Numbered from the stretch's first letter, positions 43,681 through 54,560 are shown. The stretch is 64,000 bases of DNA from Candidatus Oxydemutatoraceae bacterium (GCA_965218975.1 OZ244717.1:1696001-1760000); one strand, 5' to 3'. Notes: generated by a model from the sequence alone, not told the origin. Program-made: numbers and translations.

Positions 43681-45156
43681 TTAGGGTAGATAGTCCAGAT
43701 AAGTATCTACGTCCCATTCCGTCACAGTGTGATTAAAACGCTCCCATTCATCGTTTTTATAATGAGTAAATACTTTGTACATTTCATCCGGCATAGATGA
43801 TTTAATCACCTCGTCTCTATCCAAAGCTTCCAACGCTTTACCTAGCGACATCGGCAACCGCTTGATGTCTTTGCCCTCTTTAATCGCTTCGTAAATATTG
43901 CGTTCTTCCGGTTCCCCCGGATCTAAATCATTGCAAATCCCATCATCGAATGCTTTTAATAATGCCGCCCCCATTAAGTAAGGATTGACCATAGAATCTA
44001 CAGAGCGATATTCAAAGCGCCCCGGCGCAGAAACCCGTAAACCGCAGGTTCGATTTTGAAATCCCCAATCTGCAAAAACCGGCGCCCAAAAACCGGTATC
44101 CCATAAACGTCTATACGAATTCACAGTAGACGAGCCAATCGCCGTCAATGCTTGCAAGTGTGCCATGACGCCACCGATACACTGCAAACCGATGAGGCCA
44201 GGTTTGCGATCATCGATTTTAGGATCCGGCATAAAGGTGTTTTCGCCACCTTGTAGATAGCTAAACACGTCTTCCATGCCACACAGCGGGTCCTGATGCA
44301 ATGAGTTCACTACGGACTCACCGCCTTTCCACAACGAAACGTTATGATGGCAGCCCGAGGCGGATACCCCCATAAACGGTTTCGTCATAAAACAGGCAAC
44401 TAAATTTTGTTCGCGCGCAACTTGCGCGCATATTTGCCGATAGGTGGTGAGACGATCCGCATTACGCATGACGTCATCAAACATCCAGTTTAATTCGAGT
44501 TGCCCCGGAGCGTCCTCATGATCGCCCTGTATCATGTTGTAACCCATTTGCTCGGCATACTCAATCACTTTCATCGAGGCAGGCCTTAACTCTTCAAATT
44601 GATCAATATGGTAGCAATTAGGCTTCGTTACACCGCCATCAAGTTGGCCGTTTTCATCCCGCTTCAACCACATCATTTCAGGTTCAGTACCCATACGCAT
44701 GTGTAAGCCATCATGCTTGTTTATAAATTCATTATGAATGATACGCAGATTACCGCGGCAATCTGAGGTCAAATGAGTGCCCGGATTATTTCTTTCCTCT
44801 CGATTGCGAAAACACGTACAAAATACCCGCGCAATACGCTTATCCCAAGGCAATTGACAGAATGTTTCCGGATCGGAAATGCCAACAAGTTCTGAGGCTT
44901 CCGGACCGTAACCGATATAATTTCCATGCCGATCAATATAAAGGTTGGCAGTAGAGCCATAAACCAACTGAAAACCTTTTTCAGCGATGCGTTCCCAATG
45001 ATCGGCAGGTATTCCTTTACCGACAATTCGACCGGTGACGGATACGAATTGAAAATAGATATACTTGATATTTAAAGAATTTATCTTGTCACGGACTTGT
45101 TTCACCAGATCGCTTCTTCCATCAGCGTTCACGTGTTTTTCCAAATCTGTCGCCAT
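43681..45156 (-). CDS. Second glutamine-synthetase-family ligase
   Basis: GTEPE, HEDAPGQLE, KPFMG..ASGCH, NSYRRL, NRT and FEYRS; probable start MATDLEK. Confidence 0.9.
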   Translation of the reverse strand: MATDLEKHVNADGRSDLVKQVRDKINSLNIKYIYFQFVSVTGRIVGKGIPADHWERIAEKGFQLVYGSTANLYIDRHGNYIGYGPEASELVGISDPETFCQLPWDKRIARVFCTCFRNREERNNPGTHLTSDCRGNLRIIHNEFINKHDGLHMRMGTEPEMMWLKRDENGQLDGGVTKPNCYHIDQFEELRPASMKVIEYAEQMGYNMIQGDHEDAPGQLELNWMFDDVMRNADRLTTYRQICAQVAREQNLVACFMTKPFMGVSASGCHHNVSLWKGGESVVNSLHQDPLCGMEDVFSYLQGGENTFMPDPKIDDRKPGLIGLQCIGGVMAHLQALTAIGSSTVNSYRRLWDTGFWAPVFADWGFQNRTCGLRVSAPGRFEYRSVDSMVNPYLMGAALLKAFDDGICNDLDPGEPEERNIYEAIKEGKDIKRLPMSLGKALEALDRDEVIKSSMPDEMYKVFTHYKNDEWERFNHTVTEWDVDTYLDYLP

Positions 45157-45206
45157 TTTTAGCACCCCTATATTTTTATGTTTTATAAAATGAAAATCAC
45201 TCCGAC

Positions 45207-46550
45207 CTAACTCCAAGGGTACGGACTGTGAGAGACCGGATGTAATTTCCCTTCTTCATAACGCGAAAATCGAAATGGCTCAAGTAGTTTGCTTTTTTGG
45301 CTGACGATCTCTTCCGCAGCTAATTTTCCTATTCCAATCATTTTGTAGCCATGATTCGAATCCGCAATAACATAGCAGTTATCTCGAAATACATCGAATA
45401 CGGGGAAACTGTCCGGAGCAAACACTCCGATTCCCCCCGATGGTTCTTTTTTATATTTCGTGAGCGTTCCTTCAAAACGTTTTTGGCAATGCGCTAAAGC
45501 AGATACCCACATTTCCGCAAACGCGTCATCAACAACGTAATCCGGCGAATCGGGACCGTAAGGGTCCACTTTTACTTGATCCGGGTCGGTATCGATCTTA
45601 AACGGCGCGGCACCGCCTTGAACGCCGCCAAAGTTAAAGTCCGGCTTATAATAGATACCCCATAATTTATCGGTAATTAATTTACCGTTGCCATCGGCAT
45701 AGAGCGGTGCGTCCGTATCGACATGAACCACCGGCGGGAAATCTCCACCATTAGTCTTTTGTAGCTGCGGGTCAACACCTAATGTTCCTTCCTGCAAGGA
45801 CCAATAGACCCACATCGGAACATGATCGTGAATTACCCCATTCGCGTCTTTTACATCTATAAATTTAGGCAAATCCAGCATCTCCCATATACTTTTTATC
45901 CATGGTCCGACTCCAACTATTACATAATCACATGAAATGATTCCTTTATCAGTCTCTGCCGCTTTGATCGCATCGCTAATAGCGCAACTTTGAAAGCCCG
46001 TAACTTTTACGCCAGGTAAAAACCGCACCCCTTCATTCTTCGCTTTAGCCGCAAGTCCTTTCATGCTTGGTAAGTTGCTCGCGTAGCCACCGCGCTTTTC
46101 ATGCAAAATTGAAGTAATGTTTTCAGCTTGCCAATCGCTAAAAATACTTTTCATATAATCGGCGCATTCTTTTTTCCCTTCAATAAATACGGATTCGTAA
46201 CCAATATCTTTCTGTTGTCGAGCGATACTTGCAACATCCGTACGCATCACTTCAGGCGCCGCTTGTATGTAGCCCACCGGAAAGTAACGATATGCTTTAG
46301 GATCGCTTTCCCAAACTTCCACACTGTGTACCATTAATTCGCGCATTGCCGGTTGAAAATAATTATTTCTTATCACACCGCAGGCAATTCCCGACGCGCC
46401 CGCTCCCACGTCTTTTTTATCCACAATTAAGATATCGTTACCGCTGCCTGCGCCGCTTGCTTTCAATCGCAATGCAAGATGATAAGCCGTGCTCAAGCCA
46501 TGCACTCCTGCTCCGATCACCAGGTACTTGGTTTTATTTACGAAACTCAT
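45207..46550 (-). CDS. FAD-dependent oxidoreductase (DAO/sarcosine-oxidase-beta-like)
   Basis: GAGVHG, GAGASG..CG.IR and HGYKM; heads the GS-mgs operon. Confidence 0.85.
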   Translation of the reverse strand: MSFVNKTKYLVIGAGVHGLSTAYHLALRLKASGAGSGNDILIVDKKDVGAGASGIACGVIRNNYFQPAMRELMVHSVEVWESDPKAYRYFPVGYIQAAPEVMRTDVASIARQQKDIGYESVFIEGKKECADYMKSIFSDWQAENITSILHEKRGGYASNLPSMKGLAAKAKNEGVRFLPGVKVTGFQSCAISDAIKAAETDKGIISCDYVIVGVGPWIKSIWEMLDLPKFIDVKDANGVIHDHVPMWVYWSLQEGTLGVDPQLQKTNGGDFPPVVHVDTDAPLYADGNGKLITDKLWGIYYKPDFNFGGVQGGAAPFKIDTDPDQVKVDPYGPDSPDYVVDDAFAEMWVSALAHCQKRFEGTLTKYKKEPSGGIGVFAPDSFPVFDVFRDNCYVIADSNHGYKMIGIGKLAAEEIVSQKSKLLEPFRFSRYEEGKLHPVSHSPYPWS

Positions 46551-46754
46551 TATCGAAATTTTATGCAGTAGACTTGCTGCTCAACACTATGCATTGAAGG
46601 CTGATTCAATGAATTCTCCATTAAAAAATGATGACCTTTTACTTGTTTAACCGTCAATTGCACTTTGTATTTACTACCTAATGAGTAGTCGATAGTATTC
46701 AAGTAAGAGTTTAGAAATTTGCTCAAGCTAAGGCTCACAGATTGAATAACTACG

Positions 46755-47003
46755 CTAAAGCCTTGATCTTATATACCTAAAAATCCCGAAAAGACTAATC
46801 AAAACCCAAAATGCTTCGACGATAAATGCCGACATATTAAATTCGTACATCAAGGAAACTATAACAAAAAACGCACCTAAGGCATTCAGTACGGAATACG
46901 ACAAGCTAGTACTGGGCAAGCGCTCTAGTTGCAACAAAAAATAGGTAATAATAATCAGCGCCACTCCGATATTACCTAGTATGTCATGCCATTGATAGAT
47001 CAT
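46755..47003 (-). CDS. Small 3-TM membrane protein (CBU_0592-like)
   Basis: G..G......Y.LLQ, Y..LN..G and FW..ISL.G. Confidence 0.7.
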   Translation of the reverse strand: MIYQWHDILGNIGVALIIITYFLLQLERLPSTSLSYSVLNALGAFFVIVSLMYEFNMSAFIVEAFWVLISLFGIFRYIRSRL

Positions 47004-47352
47004 GCCTGATTGGCTCTCTTGTCATATTTCCGGGTTAGCGGGAAATGCGATACTCCTGCAAGCTCCGCGCCGCTTACCCAGCCTGTGTACGTTTCCGAAA
47101 ACACACAACTTATTCCGTATAAGCAACATTTAAAATAGCTTGCAGTATAAAGCCAAGCTCTTTTCCGGTTTTTAGTAACATACATTTTGCTATACGTCCG
47201 CATTAAAACCAAATTTGCCATGCGCTTTTGGCAGCTATCTTCCGCAAAATCAAGTTGATGGCGCATTTAATCTATGCTTGGTAAAGTGTTTTTACATTGA
47301 CACAGAACTCTGAACGGATTTCGCGGACGCTCTGATTTTCAATCAAATATTT

Positions 47353-47703
47353 TTACAGTGCGCCGAATTTTCTTTGACCGACATAGAAAGCTTTACCTGA
47401 AGAATCGGATGTGAATGTGACTTTCGTGCCGCTATCGAAATATACAACGTCACCGGGCTTCACCGTTATCGTTTCGCCGCCGTCCTCTGCAATCGTCATC
47501 TCACCTTCCAACATGATTTTACATTCATCATAGCTATAGGTATATTCCAACGGATTCCCTGAGCCCATCTTGAAAAATCCGCAAGTGATAGGTGCCTCCT
47601 CACTATTTGAAGATATTATGTCCTGTAAAAACGCATTAATTCCATCTATACCCAATGAAGCGATATCCTGCGATTGCGCTCCGCCAAAATATTTCACTGC
47701 CAT
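47353..47703 (-). CDS. Cupin protein (EutQ/DUF861-like)
   Basis: YTYSYDECKIMLEG...PGDVVYF..G. Confidence 0.82.
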   Translation of the reverse strand: MAVKYFGGAQSQDIASLGIDGINAFLQDIISSNSEEAPITCGFFKMGSGNPLEYTYSYDECKIMLEGEMTIAEDGGETITVKPGDVVYFDSGTKVTFTSDSSGKAFYVGQRKFGAL

Positions 47704-47821
47704 TTTAATTCTCCTTACAAAAAATTTTCATTAACCACTGATCAAAAACATCAGTATTTAAACAAATATTACTAAACTATGACTTAGATTCAAACAACTA
47801 ATTACAAACCCAATTTATCTA

Positions 47822-48111
47822 GCGTCGTCGCGCCCGAACACAGCAGACCTTGCTTGCGGCACCACGGCAAAAGCAACACATAAACCTTGGTCCCGTCCTT
47901 AGCGGGATACCTTAGGCGCAGACGACAGATTTCCCAAATCGGCATTTGTGGTCAGATACGGCGATGCCATTGTGCTCATGGGCCTCCGTTTTTGAAGCAA
48001 AACCGGCTATTCTATAGAAACCTTTGATGCGGTGGTCAATGTACTGATATTGTATATCAGTCACCTTTTCATTGACATCCAAGAACCCCGAATGTATCCG
48101 GCACATGTACA
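47822..48111 (-). mobile_element. IS481-family left-end remnant adjacent to the tRNA-Leu 3' end
   Basis: TGTACATGTGCCGGATACAT end; QYQYIDHRIKGFY; matches 55163-55280. Confidence 0.7.
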
Positions 48112-48122
48112 GAAGAGTTAAA

Positions 48123-48211
48123 TGGTGCCCGGGGCCGGACTCGAACCGGCACAGAGACTCAGCTCCGAGGGATTTTAAGTCCCTTGTGTCTACCAATTCC
48201 ACCACCCGGGC
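48123..48211 (-). tRNA. tRNA-Leu(TAA)
   Basis: GCCCGGGTGGTGGAATTGGTAGACAC...CTTAAAA...long variable arm...CCA. Confidence 0.96.
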
Positions 48212-48212
48212 T

Positions 48213-48286
48213 TGGAGGCTAGTACCGGAATCGAACCGGTGTACACGGCTTTGCAGGCCGCTGCATCACCACTCTGCCAACTAGCC
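48213..48286 (-). tRNA. tRNA-Cys(GCA)
   Basis: GGCTAGTTGGCAGAGTGG...CTGCAAA...TTCGATTCC...TCCA. Confidence 0.96.
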
Positions 48287-48326
48287 TGACGGATGTAAGT
48301 AAAGTATACACGCTTCCATTAAATTA

Positions 48327-48354
48327 TTGACGGTTATCCTCAGTCACTTATAAT
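48327..48354 (+). promoter_or_regulatory. Sigma70 stable-RNA-type promoter for tRNA-Gly
   Basis: TTGACG-16 nt-TATAAT followed by a GC-rich discriminator GGCTGCC. Confidence 0.75.
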
Positions 48355-48386
48355 GGCTGCCTTTATTTATTGAAAATTTTCTCAGT

Positions 48387-48461
48387 GCGGGAATAGCTCA
48401 GTGGTAGAGCACAACCTTGCCAAGGTTGGGGTCGCGGGTTCAAGTCCCGTTTCCCGCTCCA
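48387..48461 (+). tRNA. tRNA-Gly(GCC)
   Basis: GCGGGAATAGCTCAGTGGTAGAGC...TTGCCAA...TCCA. Confidence 0.97.
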
Positions 48462-48631
48462 TCATCCGCTTATGTGCAGCTGCTGCGCAAGCAGCACGGA
48501 ACAAAGCAAGAATTTAATCGACGATTTATATCGAAAAGGTATTCCTTAAAGAAATTTATGTAAACGTCCTGCTGAAATCATTAATAATGATCTTGCATTT
48601 CGGCTCAAACGCAAGCCTTAATTAATTTCCT

Positions 48632-49249
48632 TTATTTATTGAATACATGCCGAGCTTTTAGCAGGTACATTATCATAGACAGTAACGTCATAGCTGCCGC
48701 AAGATACAATAACAATAAACCGATATTGCCTGTCGTGCTGATTGGCATACCGGTTGCGGGCGGCACACCCCACAGCAGGAATATGATGGCAAAAACCTGA
48801 ATCACCATTTTAGTTTTGCCTAACCAATTCACTGCAACCAAATCTCCGCATCCTTCACCGGTCATCCATTCGCGTAAACCGGCAATAGCGAATTCACGGG
48901 TAATAATTACTAAGGCGGGCAAAGTAACTAACCAATCCGATACCCTTTCAACAATCAACAGTAACGCAACGGCAACAATCATCTTATCTGCAATCGGGTC
49001 TATCAATGCTCCAAATCGCGTCACCTGCTCAAACCGCCGGGCAATATAACCGTCTAAAACATCAGTGATTGCCGCCAGTGTAAATAATCCCGCGCAGACC
49101 ACGGCGCTCCAATGTACCAAGCAATACATCGTACCGCCATTCGTCGTCGTAACCCATTCCGACGAGTAAAACGCGATAATAAGCAACGGAATGATAAATA
49201 TCCGCAGTAATGTCAGTAATGTCGGTAAGTTGACAACCATCATAGTCAT
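48632..49249 (-). CDS. pgsA: CDP-diacylglycerol--glycerol-3-phosphate 3-phosphatidyltransferase
   Basis: TDVLDGYIAR...G..IDPIADK motif; downstream of uvrC. Confidence 0.95.
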   Translation of the reverse strand: MTMMVVNLPTLLTLLRIFIIPLLIIAFYSSEWVTTTNGGTMYCLVHWSAVVCAGLFTLAAITDVLDGYIARRFEQVTRFGALIDPIADKMIVAVALLLIVERVSDWLVTLPALVIITREFAIAGLREWMTGEGCGDLVAVNWLGKTKMVIQVFAIIFLLWGVPPATGMPISTTGNIGLLLLYLAAAMTLLSMIMYLLKARHVFNK

Positions 49250-49253
49250 TTAT

Positions 49254-51107
49254 TTAAGGCGCCTCATGTAATCGCCGGTGGATTAATTTTGCCAGCTGCA
49301 GACTAACCCCCGGAACTTTACTAATCTCTTCAATTCCGGCACGGGCGACACTCTGCAAACCGCCAAAATACCTCATCAAGTTATGCCGACGTTTTGGCCC
49401 CAGCCCAGGTAATTCTTCCAGTAAAGAATGTTGTTGCTTCTTGGCGCGTAAGTTACGATGTCCGGCAATCGCAAAACGATGCGCCTCATCACGAATTTGT
49501 TGGACTAAATGCAGCACCGCGCTATTCGTTTGCAAAGTCACTGTCTTCCCTTCTCGTTCCAACAGCAATGTTTCCCATCCCGGCTTACGTGAACGACATT
49601 TCGCAACCGCGATTACAATAACCTTGTGAACGACCAACTCCTTCATCACCTCTTGCGCTCGTTTCAACTGCCCCTTACCACCATCAATAAATAAAATATC
49701 CGGAATACATCCTTCGCCGGCCAGCAGCCTGCGATAATGACGTGTCAGCGCCTGACCCATTGCCGCATAATCATCACCGGCCGTGATACCGAGGATATTA
49801 AAACGACGATAATCTTTTTTCAAAGGACCTTCGCTATCGAACACGACACATGACGCGACAGTCGAGTCGCCCATCGTATGACTAACATCAAAACACTCCA
49901 TTCGCGTCGGCATCTCAGACAAGCCCAATGTTTCTTGCAAACTTATGAGGCGCCTTCGCATGCTGCTTTTTGACGCAAGCCGTAACGATAACGCACATGC
50001 TGCATTTTCCTGTGCAATTTCAAGCCACTTGCGTTTGCGTCCACGCACATTTGCGGCAATTTTAACTTTATGCCCGGCTTTGTTTTCCAGCATCATTCGC
50101 AAAGATTCGACATCAGAGGGTCTCTCGTGCAGGACAATTTCATTTGGGATTTTATGCGACAGATAATACTGTCCCAAAAATGCGGTGAGCATTTCATTAA
50201 TCGACAATTCATGATTCCCTTGAGGGAGACGCGGATAATAAGATCGGCTACCGATGTTCAGCCCTCCGCGCACATAAATAACCTGCATGCAAACCGCCCC
50301 ACCTCGATACTCACAGGCAATAATATCCAGTTCACCACGACCGGCATTCATATACTGGCGCTCCGATACCTGCCGTAGCGTTTCGACTTGATCACGATAT
50401 TGTGATGCTTTCTCATATTCCTGCAGTTCCGCCGCGCGGTCCATACGTTCAACAAGCGTACGAATCAATCGCTCGCTATTTCCCGATAAAAATTCCACCG
50501 CAAGTTTTAAACTATCATGATACGCGGCCGGATCAATATAATTCACACACGGCGCACTGCAACGTTTAATCTGGTACTGCAAACATGGGCGAGTACGATT
50601 CTTAAAAAAACTATCCCGGCATTGCCGTAGCTGAAATAACTTAAACAACAAATTTAAAGTCTCGCGCACCGCGCTCGCGCTCGGATAAGGACCAAAATAC
50701 TTTCCCGGCCGCTTACGCGAACCACGATAGAAGCTTAGACGCGGAAATTGATCATCCGAAGTCACTCGAATGTACGGGTAACTTTTATCATCACGCAACA
50801 GAATGTTATAGCGCGGACAATATCCCTTAATCAGATTGTTTTCCAACAGCAAAGCTTCCGCTTCGGTGTGAGTGACCGTTGCTTCAATGTGCGCTATTTG
50901 CTCAAGCAAAAGACGTGTTTTTGCACTATGCCCGTAATTGCGAAAATAGCTTGCGACCCGTTTCTTCAAGTTTTTTGCCTTGCCGACGTACAACACTTTC
51001 CCTTGCCCATCAAACATGGTATAAACACCACATCGTTGAGTGAGATTTTGCACAAATTCAGCGGGATCAAATATGCCGCTACCGCTATGAAATTCCCGAG
51101 TCATCAA
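49254..51107 (-). CDS. uvrC: Excinuclease ABC subunit C
   Basis: GIY-YIG (GVY...YVGKAKNL), ECFDVSH, DGGKGQ, RDEAHRFA and HhH motifs. Confidence 0.98.
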   Translation of the reverse strand: MMTREFHSGSGIFDPAEFVQNLTQRCGVYTMFDGQGKVLYVGKAKNLKKRVASYFRNYGHSAKTRLLLEQIAHIEATVTHTEAEALLLENNLIKGYCPRYNILLRDDKSYPYIRVTSDDQFPRLSFYRGSRKRPGKYFGPYPSASAVRETLNLLFKLFQLRQCRDSFFKNRTRPCLQYQIKRCSAPCVNYIDPAAYHDSLKLAVEFLSGNSERLIRTLVERMDRAAELQEYEKASQYRDQVETLRQVSERQYMNAGRGELDIIACEYRGGAVCMQVIYVRGGLNIGSRSYYPRLPQGNHELSINEMLTAFLGQYYLSHKIPNEIVLHERPSDVESLRMMLENKAGHKVKIAANVRGRKRKWLEIAQENAACALSLRLASKSSMRRRLISLQETLGLSEMPTRMECFDVSHTMGDSTVASCVVFDSEGPLKKDYRRFNILGITAGDDYAAMGQALTRHYRRLLAGEGCIPDILFIDGGKGQLKRAQEVMKELVVHKVIVIAVAKCRSRKPGWETLLLEREGKTVTLQTNSAVLHLVQQIRDEAHRFAIAGHRNLRAKKQQHSLLEELPGLGPKRRHNLMRYFGGLQSVARAGIEEISKVPGVSLQLAKLIHRRLHEAP

Positions 51108-51747
51108 TCATACGCCTCGCTGCTTGAATAACAGCATGAAACCCCCGTTCAGTCAAGCGACCGGTCTGCACGTTATAACGGCTACAATGATAAGAATCCA
51201 ATAAAAGCTCGCCCATCGGCAACACGTGTTTCACACCATGCCGAAACCGGTAATGTGCTAGCTTTAGTCCCAACGCTTTGAGCGTAGCACGGTGTGCAAT
51301 ATGTCCTAATGCAAGAATTACGGCGCAGTTATGCAAACGTTCAATCTCAGCGCGCAAAAATTGATTGCAGATACCGATTTCCTCGTTAGTCGGCATATTG
51401 TTCGGCGGAAGACATTTCACCGCGTTTACAATCCGGCAAGCTCGCAGATACATTCCGTCGGTAACGGATTCGGCGCTCGCTCGCGTAGCAAAACCGTAAC
51501 GGTGCAGGCTTTTATATAGCAGAATTCCGGCATAGTCGCCGGTAAATGGTCGCCCGGTACGGTTAGCGCCATGCTTTCCCGGCGCTAATCCGACTATTAA
51601 AAGATACGGATGACTAACGCCAAACGATGGTACCGGTGCGCAATAATAATCGGGATGTTGTTTTTTAACTTGTCGCAAATAACGGACTAGCCGATGGCAG
51701 CGAGTACAGTCGATATCGAACAGCGGTACAGTCATGCCATCGTGCAA
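51085..51747 (-). CDS. Uracil-DNA glycosylase family 5 (Fe-S)
   Basis: CTRC, GLAPGKHGANRTGRPFTGD, VKCLPP.N.P and YHCSRYN. Confidence 0.92.
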   Translation of the reverse strand: MHDGMTVPLFDIDCTRCHRLVRYLRQVKKQHPDYYCAPVPSFGVSHPYLLIVGLAPGKHGANRTGRPFTGDYAGILLYKSLHRYGFATRASAESVTDGMYLRACRIVNAVKCLPPNNMPTNEEIGICNQFLRAEIERLHNCAVILALGHIAHRATLKALGLKLAHYRFRHGVKHVLPMGELLLDSYHCSRYNVQTGRLTERGFHAVIQAARRMIDDSGIS

Positions 51748-52689
51748 CTAAAATCTAAGTAGCGCCGCCCCCCAAGTAAAGCCGCCACCGAACGCTTCAA
51801 GCATTACAGTTTGACCGCGTTGTATGCGCCCGTCGAGTACCGCCTCATTAAACGCCAACGGAACCGATGCGGCGGAAGTATTGCCATGCATATCAACCGT
51901 TTGCACTACTTGCGACATTGGCATTTCTAATTTTTTTGCGGTTGCCGCGAGAATCCGAGAGTTCGCCTGATGAGGCACCAACCAATCAATATCCGATCTT
52001 TTAAGCTGGTTGGCCGCTAATGTCTCATCAACAATTCGCCCCATAGTATTGACTGCCATCTTAAAGACTTCGCTGCCTTGCATTTGAATTGCATCTTTCC
52101 CCGCTTGATTTTTTGACACATGCAAAAGTTTCTCATAATTGCCATCGGCATGAATATGTGTCGAATAAATCCCCGGCTCCGATGCTGCTTGCAAAACAAA
52201 TGCACCGGCACCATCGCCAAACAAAACACAGGTCGCGCGATCATCCCAATCAATAATTCGCGACAATACTTCGCTACCGACGACCAACGCGCATTTGGTG
52301 CGGCTGGCACGAATAAAGCAATCGGCAATTGCAAGTGCATAAATAAAACCGGTGCAAACCGCCTGCACGTCAAATGCCGGACAATCGCGTACACCTAAAC
52401 GGCTTTGTAATAAGCATGCGGTGCCGGGGAAAACTTTATCCGGTGTTGTCGTTGCCAGAATGATGCAATCAAGGTCCTGTATCCGCACCCCAGCCATCTC
52501 TATTGCGGCATGCGCAGCATACTCGGCAAGATCGCAAGTACTTTCATCTTCAACAATATGACGCTGATGAATGCCAGTGCGCTCACGTATCCATTGATCG
52601 GAAGTGTCCACTAACTTTTCCAAATCATGATTAGTCAGTATCTTAGGCGGTAAATATCCGCCGGAGCCGGCAATGATCGAGTGCATCAT
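51748..52689 (-). CDS. fabH: 3-oxoacyl-ACP synthase III
   Basis: AVCTGF, FGDGAGA, PHQAN and GNTSAAS. Confidence 0.97.
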   Translation of the reverse strand: MMHSIIAGSGGYLPPKILTNHDLEKLVDTSDQWIRERTGIHQRHIVEDESTCDLAEYAAHAAIEMAGVRIQDLDCIILATTTPDKVFPGTACLLQSRLGVRDCPAFDVQAVCTGFIYALAIADCFIRASRTKCALVVGSEVLSRIIDWDDRATCVLFGDGAGAFVLQAASEPGIYSTHIHADGNYEKLLHVSKNQAGKDAIQMQGSEVFKMAVNTMGRIVDETLAANQLKRSDIDWLVPHQANSRILAATAKKLEMPMSQVVQTVDMHGNTSAASVPLAFNEAVLDGRIQRGQTVMLEAFGGGFTWGAALLRF

Positions 52690-53720
52690 ACGTCACTACC
52701 CGCTTTCAACATCACTTCCAGTGCCTTATCCAATAACTGAGGCACTTGTTTCAAAGCTTCAGTGCGAGCGACTTTAATCGCATTTTTAAATCCGACCGAG
52801 CTTGCCCTGCCATGGCTTTTAATAACCACACCTTGCAAACCTAACAAACTGGCACCATTGTATTTTTCAAGATTAACTCTTTCACGCACTGATTTCAGAA
52901 TCGGCTTAATTCCTAAAGCTGCGATTTGATTCAAATAATTCTGTTTGCATGCTTGCTTGAACAATTGCAAGACAAATGCGTACGTTCCCTCCATTGACTT
53001 CAATGCAATATTCCCAACGAATCCGTCGGCAACCACCACGTTGACAGAACCTTCATGCAAGTGACTACTCTCAACGTAACCGATATAATTTAATGAACTT
53101 TCTCGCAGTAAAGCATTGGCCGCTTTAATTTGATCATTCCCTTTAATGGCTTCTTCACCTACATTCAGCAAAGCGACCCGCGGACTTGGTATATCATCCA
53201 CTACCGAAGCAAGCATGGACCCCATTACCGCAAACTGATACAAGTGCTCCGCTTTACAGTCGATATTGGCACCTAAATCGAGCATGTAAATATGTCCAGC
53301 CACAGTCGGAACCATCGCGGTAATTGCCGGACGCTCAATCCCGGCCAAAGTACTTAGTACATAACGTGAAATCGCCATCAATGCTCCCGTGTTACCGGCG
53401 CTAACACATGCTGCGGCAGTACCATCTTTGACCAAATTAACCGCGACCCGCATAGACGACTGACGCTTTTTACGTAGCGCACGCGTCGGTTCTTCATCCA
53501 TCGCAATAGTTTCAGGAGCGTGCACCAAACGCAGGCGTTGCTCCGGTAATGAAGAATCTTGACGTTCGTCGAGAAACGCTTGCAGCGCTTGCATATCACC
53601 TACTAATATTAATGCAATGTCTTCACATTCGGACAGTGTGGATAATGCAGCGGGAATTGTCGTGTCCAGTCCGAAATCACCGCTAGCGGCATCAATGGCG
53701 ATCGTGATCGGTACGGTCAT
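52686..53720 (-). CDS. plsX: Phosphate acyltransferase
   Basis: [21 protein letters not shown] and KSHG. Confidence 0.97.
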   Translation of the reverse strand: MTVPITIAIDAASGDFGLDTTIPAALSTLSECEDIALILVGDMQALQAFLDERQDSSLPEQRLRLVHAPETIAMDEEPTRALRKKRQSSMRVAVNLVKDGTAAACVSAGNTGALMAISRYVLSTLAGIERPAITAMVPTVAGHIYMLDLGANIDCKAEHLYQFAVMGSMLASVVDDIPSPRVALLNVGEEAIKGNDQIKAANALLRESSLNYIGYVESSHLHEGSVNVVVADGFVGNIALKSMEGTYAFVLQLFKQACKQNYLNQIAALGIKPILKSVRERVNLEKYNGASLLGLQGVVIKSHGRASSVGFKNAIKVARTEALKQVPQLLDKALEVMLKAGSDV

Positions 53721-53777
53721 CTTGCCAACTATCCACAGCGCAAAAAACTAAACAGGACCTATATTGAAGTTTGGTAC

Positions 53778-53987
53778 TCAGACTTCGTCTTCTTCCAATC
53801 GTTCGTTTTCACTCGGCTTAGGCGGAATAATTTCTCGTCCGCGATAAAAACCGTCAGGAGCAATATGATGACGTAAATGACTACTGCCCGTAGTCGGATC
53901 TATTGAAAGCGCTGCTGCTTTCAAGTAATCATGCGACCGACGCATTGCACTCTTTGATCGTGTCTTCTTATTTTTTTGCACTGCCAT
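53778..53987 (-). CDS. rpmF: 50S ribosomal protein L32
   Basis: [17 protein letters not shown]...HLRHHI..DGFYRG. Confidence 0.97.
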   Translation of the reverse strand: MAVQKNKKTRSKSAMRRSHDYLKAAALSIDPTTGSSHLRHHIAPDGFYRGREIIPPKPSENERLEEDEV

Positions 53988-54002
53988 GAAAATCTCCGCC
54001 TA

Positions 54003-54515
54003 TTAATTTGATAGCCTTTTTAAGATAGAGAATGGATTCTGTGTTTGCATTTTTTCCCGAGAATACTGAATTTCTTTTAGCATTGTCGAATCGCAGTAAG
54101 CTCGATTTTGATGCATCGGAAATTGCGGCAACTGTAAAAGTAATTCATCCTCTACCAAAACAGCCAAATCCAGCTCCTCGTTTTCACAAAGAATGAGATC
54201 TTTGTCATTGTCAATGTTCCGAGCGCTCTCTTCACTTCGTGCAATAAACAAATAGCTCCTAACATTCAATTCTTGTCGTAGGTCTTCCAAACAACGGCAA
54301 CATTGCAGAACTAATTCAACTTGCAGAATAATTCCCGCACGTACAACCCCGGCCTCATACTCCGAGAACTCAACATCAGCCCGAACCATGTCTCGCACCG
54401 GGTTACAAATCTCCAAAAACCGCGGGATGCGACTCATCGGCAATTCTCCTACGAGTCTTGTCTGCCTTCGCGCCAACAGATAAGGGCGTACCGACAAGGG
54501 TAAGATACCAGCCAT
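54003..54515 (-). CDS. yceD: YceD/DUF177 family protein
   Basis: C.RCL, EDELLL.LP..P.H and NPF..L; upstream of rpmF. The true start is MAGILP; the upstream in-frame part of the listed ORF is transposase. Confidence 0.9.
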   Translation of the reverse strand: MAGILPLSVRPYLLARRQTRLVGELPMSRIPRFLEICNPVRDMVRADVEFSEYEAGVVRAGIILQVELVLQCCRCLEDLRQELNVRSYLFIARSEESARNIDNDKDLILCENEELDLAVLVEDELLLQLPQFPMHQNRAYCDSTMLKEIQYSREKMQTQNPFSILKRLSN

Positions 54516-54560
54516 AATAGCGGTAAATTGTATCCGTTCGTACGATGGAACACAAATATT

